From contig CAZPZX010000001.1 of the NCBI GenBank assembly GCA_964591235.1, forward strand, positions 1 to 40,199: DNA of 40,199 bases. Reading direction: 5' to 3'. Position numbers and translations under genes: made by a program. Within the stretch, counting starts at the first letter, position 1. Each line of letters starts with the position of its first letter. Positions 34,499 to 40,199 of the stretch are shown one piece after another. The notes beneath the pieces were generated by a model. That model was not told the DNA's origin and did not search any database. It worked only from the letters and a program-made list of their open reading frames with translations. The stretch is from an uncultured Pseudomonadota bacterium. Lineage in GTDB: Bacteria; Babelota; Babeliae; Babelales; Vermiphilaceae.

Positions 34499-34506
34499 AG
34501 GGACAA

Positions 34507-36348
34507 ATGGAACATAGTTTTTCACGTGACTTTGATGTCATCGTCGTTGGCGGTGGGCATGCGGGTATTGAAGCCGCCTATTCAGCTGCCAAAATGGGCT
34601 CAAAAACCCTCCTCATTTCGCTTAATTTAGATACCATAGGGTTAATGCCCTGCAACCCCGCTATTGGGGGCGTAGGCAAGGGCCATATTGTTTACGAAAT
34701 TAGTGCCCTGGGTGGATTAATGCCAAAACTATGCACCAAAACCTATTTGCAAGCCAGAATGCTTAATACCAGCAAAGGCTCAGCGGTGCATGGACTGCGC
34801 CTTCAAATCGATAAATATGCCTACAATAAGCTCAGCAAACAGATCCTGGAACATACCCCTAACCTGACCCTACGTATGGGAATGGTGCAAAGCATCATCA
34901 CTGAGCCTAAAACCAAGCAAATTAAAGGGGTTACTACGCGCGATGGAGCCCAATTTTTAGCGCCCTGCGTTATTCTAACGACCGGCACCTTCTTAAACGG
35001 GAAAGTACACATTGGCAGCACGGTTAATTATTCTGCCGGCCGTCAAGGTGAAGAGGCAGTAACCAATCTTTCTGAGGTACTAAAAAATTTAGGTATTCGA
35101 ATGGGTCGCCTGAAAACAGGAACCCCTCCCCGTCTACTAAAATCATCGGTTGATTTTTCCCGCATGGAACGGCAAGAGTCAGATAACTTAAACTATTTGT
35201 TTGAGTTCCATCCTCATAAAGTTACCGGAACGCACCCCTGTTACATCACGCATACCAACGAAAAAACCCACGAAATTATTAGAAAAAATTTACATTTATC
35301 TGCTATGTATAGTGGTAATATCACCGGTGTCGGTCCCCGTTATTGCCCTTCTATAGAAGATAAAATCGGCCGCTTTGCCGATAAAACGTCGCATCATGTC
35401 TTTGTCGAACCGGAAGGCGCTTCCACTGAAGAATTATATCCAAACGGAATCTCAACTTCATTGCCCTATGACGTGCAATTACAATATGTGCGCACCATTA
35501 AAGGATTTGAGCAAGCGGTAATTACCCGTCCCGGCTATGCGATAGAATATGACTTTGCAATGCCCGATCAAATGCATCATAGCCTTGAAGTTAAAGCGGT
35601 CCCGGGCCTGTTTTTGGCAGGACAAATTAATGGAACTACCGGTTATGAAGAAGCTGCCGGCCAAGGGATTATTGCCGGAATCAATGCGCATTTAAAACAG
35701 TCAGGCAAAGATCCATTTATTATCTCTCGCACCCAAGGATACATAGGAGTTATGATAGATGATCTGGTTACTTTAAGCGTTGATGAACCATACCGCATGT
35801 TTACTTCTCGTGCTGAACGCCGTTTAACCTTGCGCCAAGATAATGCATTCTTGCGTCTGACCGATCGTGCATACAATCTCGGTTTAATAGAACAAGAGCT
35901 GTATAACGATTTTCAACAAGAAAAAGAGCTTATTGATTCTACTTTAGCAGAGCTGAGAGCAGGCCATAATAGCAGCAATCTAATGAAGCTATTTGGTGAT
36001 TTAGAATGCAATGTCGACAAAGTAAAAGAAATCACTCAAAAACCCCTCTCAGATAGAGCGGCTATCAATCTCCATGCAGAAATAAGATATGAACCGTATC
36101 TGGCTCGTGAGGCAAAAGAAGCTATAAAACTCGATGCCTATAAGGCACTGGAAATTCCTGCTACTTTTGATTATGCGCACCTACCGGGGCTCTCAAAAGA
36201 GCTGCAAGAAAAGCTCAAAAAACACCAACCTGCTACCATCGCACAAGCCTCCTTAATTCCAGGTATGACTCCGGCGGCACTCTCCTTACTTATCTTTAAA
36301 GTAAGAGAATTCCCCCATAAAAATACCCCAAAATCTTCAATTCTATAG
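34507..36348 (+). CDS. mnmG: tRNA uridine 5-carboxymethylaminomethyl modification enzyme MnmG (GidA)
   Basis: The 613-aa protein has the FAD motif DVIVVGGGHAGIEAA. The motifs ..NPAIGG.GKGH.., ..GPRYCPSIEDK.. and ..FLAGQINGTTGYEEAAGQG.. are also present. Confidence 0.95.
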   Translation: MEHSFSRDFDVIVVGGGHAGIEAAYSAAKMGSKTLLISLNLDTIGLMPCNPAIGGVGKGHIVYEISALGGLMPKLCTKTYLQARMLNTSKGSAVHGLRLQIDKYAYNKLSKQILEHTPNLTLRMGMVQSIITEPKTKQIKGVTTRDGAQFLAPCVILTTGTFLNGKVHIGSTVNYSAGRQGEEAVTNLSEVLKNLGIRMGRLKTGTPPRLLKSSVDFSRMERQESDNLNYLFEFHPHKVTGTHPCYITHTNEKTHEIIRKNLHLSAMYSGNITGVGPRYCPSIEDKIGRFADKTSHHVFVEPEGASTEELYPNGISTSLPYDVQLQYVRTIKGFEQAVITRPGYAIEYDFAMPDQMHHSLEVKAVPGLFLAGQINGTTGYEEAAGQGIIAGINAHLKQSGKDPFIISRTQGYIGVMIDDLVTLSVDEPYRMFTSRAERRLTLRQDNAFLRLTDRAYNLGLIEQELYNDFQQEKELIDSTLAELRAGHNSSNLMKLFGDLECNVDKVKEITQKPLSDRAAINLHAEIRYEPYLAREAKEAIKLDAYKALEIPATFDYAHLPGLSKELQEKLKKHQPATIAQASLIPGMTPAALSLLIFKVREFPHKNTPKSSIL

Positions 36349-36475
36349 GAAACGTTTAGCATTTCTAGCTGAACCTCACAAATTACCCAAAAGCAGGTTC
36401 CAGAGCTTATTTTTAAATTTAAAATTTACAAATAGAAAACTTTAGCGGGCTATTTTTCCTTCTTGGGTCCTATTT

Positions 36476-36505
36476 TTGGTTATTTTAGGGGGGTTGTGGT
36501 ATACT
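36476..36505 (+). promoter_or_regulatory. Candidate promoter with extended -10 for the 36560 gene
   Basis: The plus strand reads TTGGTT (36476-36481), N18, TGgTATACT (-10 at 36500-36505). Confidence 0.4.
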
Positions 36506-36559
36506 ATAGAAAGTAAACAGTACCAAAGATGCATAATCATATAGATACTGGAGACTTTT

Positions 36560-37378
36560 ATGAAAAGAAAATTAATAAGCGTTATAAACGCTCTCATATG
36601 TTCATTATTAGTAGCAACTACCGGCGTAGCTGAAGCGGTTCACTTCCCGGGCTCGACCATGACTAGCCAGCAGTTACATTCCTTGCTTGCTGCAAAACAA
36701 CTTCTTACCGTAAGAAGAAAGATTACAACAACCACAACAAAGACTGAAACTGAAGAATACGAAGTATCAGTTGATGATCGCCCTCACCTTTCAGATAGGT
36801 TAGAACCAGAATTAAAAACATTTTTAGCTGAGTTAAAAGCCGAACATGATCGTGAAGTGGAGATAACACTTGCCAACGACGTACGCCAGCTATTTGAACT
36901 CAAGCCAGAATTTAATCAGTACGGTTTTGATGAATATGAGCAAAAAGTTAAACATTTTATGGAGCATTTTGCCATTAAAATTAATGGAAAAGAGATTCCG
37001 TATGATGCTGTTGAAAAAATTAGAATCAGAGGTAACGCGCCTATTACCTTTAGCTTAGAAATTAAAAATAATAAATTATTATCGCTGGGAACTTTCTTTA
37101 GCAATGCAGTCGCTACCGTAGCTGACAAAATTAAAGCGTTATGTCTTAAAGTTGTTGACCCGTTAAGTTTACAATTTACGTATCCATGCCGTATTCAAGA
37201 ACAAAAATTGCGTTCAAATGAGCCGATCTCAATTGCTACTTTGATGTATAAACACCCGCCAATGGCCGCAATTCTTGATGGTAATCCGCATTATTCAATG
37301 CTTTCATATATTAACTGGCCTACATTGCGTACTTTAGAGTTTCGCTTACCAGAATTTTATTTAGAAGAAACAACATAA
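36560..37378 (+). CDS. Secreted protein, unknown function
   Basis: TGGAGA lies upstream. The leader is MKRKLISVINALICSLLVATTGVAEA. A Thr run (KITTTTTKTETEE) is present. Confidence 0.6.
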   Translation: MKRKLISVINALICSLLVATTGVAEAVHFPGSTMTSQQLHSLLAAKQLLTVRRKITTTTTKTETEEYEVSVDDRPHLSDRLEPELKTFLAELKAEHDREVEITLANDVRQLFELKPEFNQYGFDEYEQKVKHFMEHFAIKINGKEIPYDAVEKIRIRGNAPITFSLEIKNNKLLSLGTFFSNAVATVADKIKALCLKVVDPLSLQFTYPCRIQEQKLRSNEPISIATLMYKHPPMAAILDGNPHYSMLSYINWPTLRTLEFRLPEFYLEETT

Positions 37379-37408
37379 TTTCATACTTTAGGGAGGGTAT
37401 GTTAGTTT

Positions 37409-37801
37409 ATGAAGCAGTTGTTTTTATTAAGCCTTTTGGCTTCTATCACTCTTTGCAACCATGCAAAAGAAGCTGAATCTCGTACAATCTCAATAACCAA
37501 CAAAACTAAAATTGCCGATTTAAAGAAATATGGGCAAATGCCGCAATTTTCTATTAAAATCGGTTCTCTTGTTCTTGCTCCGGGTGAGACTATCCAAGTT
37601 CCGGTCAAAAATAATAAAGTTACGGTTCGCTATGAATATTCATTCTTAAAGGGTGTTTACAAAGGGGCAAATGAAATTATTTTTAATCTTGTTGATCCGG
37701 TCAAAAAAGAATATGACCTTAATTTTTCATGGAAAAAAGAACATGAACCATGGCGTATCATGATTGCGGGTGCAAAGCCTTTGGAAAAGAAAAAAGCATA
37801 A
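37409..37801 (+). CDS. Small secreted protein, unknown function
   Basis: GGGAGGG lies upstream. The leader is MKQLFLLSLLASITLCNHA. The mature part is predicted to be beta-rich. Confidence 0.6.
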   Translation: MKQLFLLSLLASITLCNHAKEAESRTISITNKTKIADLKKYGQMPQFSIKIGSLVLAPGETIQVPVKNNKVTVRYEYSFLKGVYKGANEIIFNLVDPVKKEYDLNFSWKKEHEPWRIMIAGAKPLEKKKA

Positions 37802-37881
37802 ATAACTTCAGACTCCTCTTTTGCTAAAAATAGTTTATAGTTATTAAAAAAGTTTCATCCTTTTTTAACATAATAACTACT

Positions 37882-38610
37882 ATGCATCGCGAACTGCTTC
37901 ATTTGTATGGCCCCCTTTCAATCAATAGCTTTGGTCTTATGATCGTTATAGGCTTATGCATCTTTTCTTACTTGCTTTTAAAAGATAAAAACCGCCCTTC
38001 TATTATAAATACCGAGCACTATTTCAGACTGATAAGTCCGGCAATTATTGGCGCGATCATCGGTGGAAGATTATTATTTGTGTTGACCCATTGGACAACT
38101 TTTGAGCACTGGATTGATATGTTTGCGATTTGGCAAGGGGGATTCTCACTATTGGGTGGAATTATCTCTCTAATACTTGTAATGCCCTTTTATTTTAAAA
38201 AATATAATATCCCTCTTTTGCCTTTTTTAGATTTGATTAGTATCTATGCTCCATTATTACAATCAATTTCGCGCATAGGCTGTTATTTGGCCGGATGCTG
38301 TTACGGGTGCCCTGCCAGGTTTTTTAGTGGCAATCATCCCACGCAAATCTATAGCGCAATGAGTCTGCTGGGTATTTTTTTATTTCAATATTGTTTTGCA
38401 CGCAACTGGAAACTAAAACCCGGTCAACTCTTTTGTATCTATTTAATGCTCATGAGTATTGAACGATTTGCTAATGATTTTTTCAGAGCAGAGCGTGAAA
38501 TGAGCACTATTGCAGATTTTTCTATTTCCCAGCTGATTTGCTGTGCAATTTTTGTCGGTGCAGTTTGTTGGTATATCGTTTTTAACTCGAATAAAAAGAA
38601 TAAATCATGA
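37882..38610 (+). CDS. lgt: Prolipoprotein diacylglyceryl transferase
   Basis: The protein is polytopic. It has ..RIGCYLAGCCYG.., HPTQIY and ..ERF..DFFR.. motifs. Confidence 0.85.
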   Translation: MHRELLHLYGPLSINSFGLMIVIGLCIFSYLLLKDKNRPSIINTEHYFRLISPAIIGAIIGGRLLFVLTHWTTFEHWIDMFAIWQGGFSLLGGIISLILVMPFYFKKYNIPLLPFLDLISIYAPLLQSISRIGCYLAGCCYGCPARFFSGNHPTQIYSAMSLLGIFLFQYCFARNWKLKPGQLFCIYLMLMSIERFANDFFRAEREMSTIADFSISQLICCAIFVGAVCWYIVFNSNKKNKS

Positions 38611-40199
38611 ATCTTTTTAGTTATTTAAAAACACGCGTAACCATTCTGGATGTGGTCAGCGAATATGCCACTCTTAAAAAAGCCGGTCTTTACTATAAAG
38701 GCCAATGCCCATTTCACTCAGAAAAAACTGCTTCATTTACCGTAAGCCCCCATAAAGAGATTTTTTATTGCTTTGGATGCCATGTCGGCGGTGATGTTAT
38801 CGCGTTTATTGCAAAAATTGAACAGTGCTCCCAAACCGATGCTGCAAAACATTTAATTGATCGCTATAATATCGAGCTGCCTACAACCTTATCAGCACAA
38901 GTAAATTTATCACCCAATACAGATAAACATTATTTTCACGTGTGCCAAGTGGTTACCGATTGGTGCCATCAGCAACTTTTAAAATCGGCTGAACCATTCT
39001 CCTACTTAAGCAAACGAGGAATTACCAAAAAGAGTATTCAAGATTTTAAGATCGGGTTTATGCCCGGTGGTCTTGCCAATATAAAAAAATTTATTACCGA
39101 TCTTAATAAAGAGCAGATTTTGGTTGATGATCTACTGGAATGGCATATTCTCTCACGGGCTAAAAACATCTTGTTCTCACCCTACGAAGACCGCATTATA
39201 TTTCCGATCAGTGACCACTTAGGAAGATACTGTGGCTTTGGTGGCCGTATTTTCAAGCCCCAAGATACACGCCCTAAATATTACAACTCTCATGAAAATG
39301 CTCATTTTGCCAAAGGGCAATTAGTATTTGGTCTTGATAAAGCAAAAAAAGATATTCAAAAAACTACAAAAGTGTTCCTCGTGGAAGGGTATACCGATTG
39401 TATTGCCATGGCTCAAAGCGGGTTTGTAAACACGGTAGCAACCTTGGGAACCGCATGCACCCTTGATCATTTGAATCTGTTAGGTCGTTATGCCCAAGAG
39501 CTCTATGTTTTATATGATGGCGATAATGCTGGGCAACAAGCAATTCTCCGAATCGGTCAACTTTGTTGGCAGGCAAGCCTGGACTTAAAAGTAGTCAGCT
39601 TACCCAAAGATCAGGACCCCGCATCATTTTTGCTGAATAACCACGATTTAAACCCTTTGATTCAAGATGCACAAGATATTTTTCAATTTTTCATTAAAAC
39701 GATGGCAAGCGGCTTTGATCAAAAAAGTTTAAGCGAAAAGCTGGAAGTTTCACGTAAAATTGTCACGATGATCCAGAAGCTTGATGACCCGCTCAAACAG
39801 GATATATTGCTAGAAAACGCAAGCAATTCACTTAAAATTCCGGTTGAATCACTCAAAAAAGAGCTTAAGCGTCTTTCAACACCGATACCAACCCCCTCCC
39901 TCTCAACTACAAAGGTACAAATAAAAGTTCAGCCGCAGCCTAAACAGACGACCAGCCAGCCGGCCACTATGCTAGAAAATAAAATTTTTTTTGCTATACT
40001 AAACAACATACAATTGGTAAATAAAGAGAATGAAGAATTTCTGGTTACCTATCTTCCAGAACCATTCTGCGCTATAATAAAAAAACTGCAGGAAGAGAAA
40101 AAAAGGGTACCAAACCTTGGCTTTATTCAATTTTTTGAATCACTTAATGAAATTGATCAACAACGCGTAAGTAAAATACTACTAGAAACCCAAGAAGAT
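38607..40199 (+). CDS. dnaG: DNA primase (3' end outside window)
   Basis: It is not in the ORF track because it has no stop within the window. ATG at 38607 overlaps the lgt stop (ATGA). It has the CHC2 zinc finger CPFHSEKTASF..YCFGCHVGGD and Toprim motifs EGYTDCIAM and LYDGDNAGQQA. The frame is open to base 40199. Confidence 0.9.
   Translation, partial: MNLFSYLKTRVTILDVVSEYATLKKAGLYYKGQCPFHSEKTASFTVSPHKEIFYCFGCHVGGDVIAFIAKIEQCSQTDAAKHLIDRYNIELPTTLSAQVNLSPNTDKHYFHVCQVVTDWCHQQLLKSAEPFSYLSKRGITKKSIQDFKIGFMPGGLANIKKFITDLNKEQILVDDLLEWHILSRAKNILFSPYEDRIIFPISDHLGRYCGFGGRIFKPQDTRPKYYNSHENAHFAKGQLVFGLDKAKKDIQKTTKVFLVEGYTDCIAMAQSGFVNTVATLGTACTLDHLNLLGRYAQELYVLYDGDNAGQQAILRIGQLCWQASLDLKVVSLPKDQDPASFLLNNHDLNPLIQDAQDIFQFFIKTMASGFDQKSLSEKLEVSRKIVTMIQKLDDPLKQDILLENASNSLKIPVESLKKELKRLSTPIPTPSLSTTKVQIKVQPQPKQTTSQPATMLENKIFFAILNNIQLVNKENEEFLVTYLPEPFCAIIKKLQEEKKRVPNLGFIQFFESLNEIDQQRVSKILLETQED

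Noticed and set aside
1-40199. I looked for rRNA, tRNA, tmRNA, RNase P RNA, SRP RNA, CRISPR arrays, transposases, integrases and phage genes.
   Set aside because: No cloverleaf-compatible segments, conserved ncRNA motifs, regularly spaced direct repeats or recognisable mobile-element proteins were seen by eye. All intergenic gaps are under 250 nt. A covariance-model scan would be needed to exclude small ncRNAs.

Overview
This is a 40.2 kb, visibly AT-rich, gene-dense bacterial chromosomal segment. I call about 50 CDS on both strands. I recognised no rRNA, tRNA, CRISPR array, transposase or integrase.

Housekeeping genes are scattered singly rather than in their usual clusters:
- DNA and cell envelope: sbcD-like 3' fragment, murB, mraY, lgt and dnaG (runs off the 3' edge).
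- Translation and tRNA modification: YbaK/ProX-type deacylase, the pheT-lspA-comF chain, trhO, tgt plus a TrmH-family methyltransferase, and mnmG.
- Transport and redox: nitroreductase, VKOR, an ABC ATPase with two ABC-2 permeases, a yhhQ-type transporter and an APC permease.

Between them lie roughly 25 small or medium ORFs of unknown function with Sec-type N-terminal leaders. At least three of these are ankyrin-repeat proteins. Many neighbouring genes overlap by 1-11 nt at stop/start, and several convergent gene pairs overlap at their 3' ends.

The gene content and style suggest a reduced, host-associated or intracellular bacterium, possibly Dependentiae/TM6-like. That placement is a low-confidence inference from composition and content only.

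The observations most worth follow-up are:
1. A recurrent 'small residue-Met-Asp/Glu/Gln' junction directly after the signal-peptide hydrophobic core in about 11 secreted proteins.
2. A Tgt whose substrate-pocket motifs are non-canonical, with a YhhQ-family transporter nearby.
3. A translationally coupled VKOR-nitroreductase-small protein-outer membrane channel operon.
4. An unannotated small basic ORF with an L34-like core, a 22-aa membrane peptide and a His/Lys/Gly-rich disordered protein in one minus-strand cluster.
5. A signal-peptide protein ending in a perfect SEC-C zinc motif.
6. Two places where a -10 element abuts or overlaps an intrinsic terminator hairpin.

All homology statements come from reading the translations by eye. 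No database search was run.
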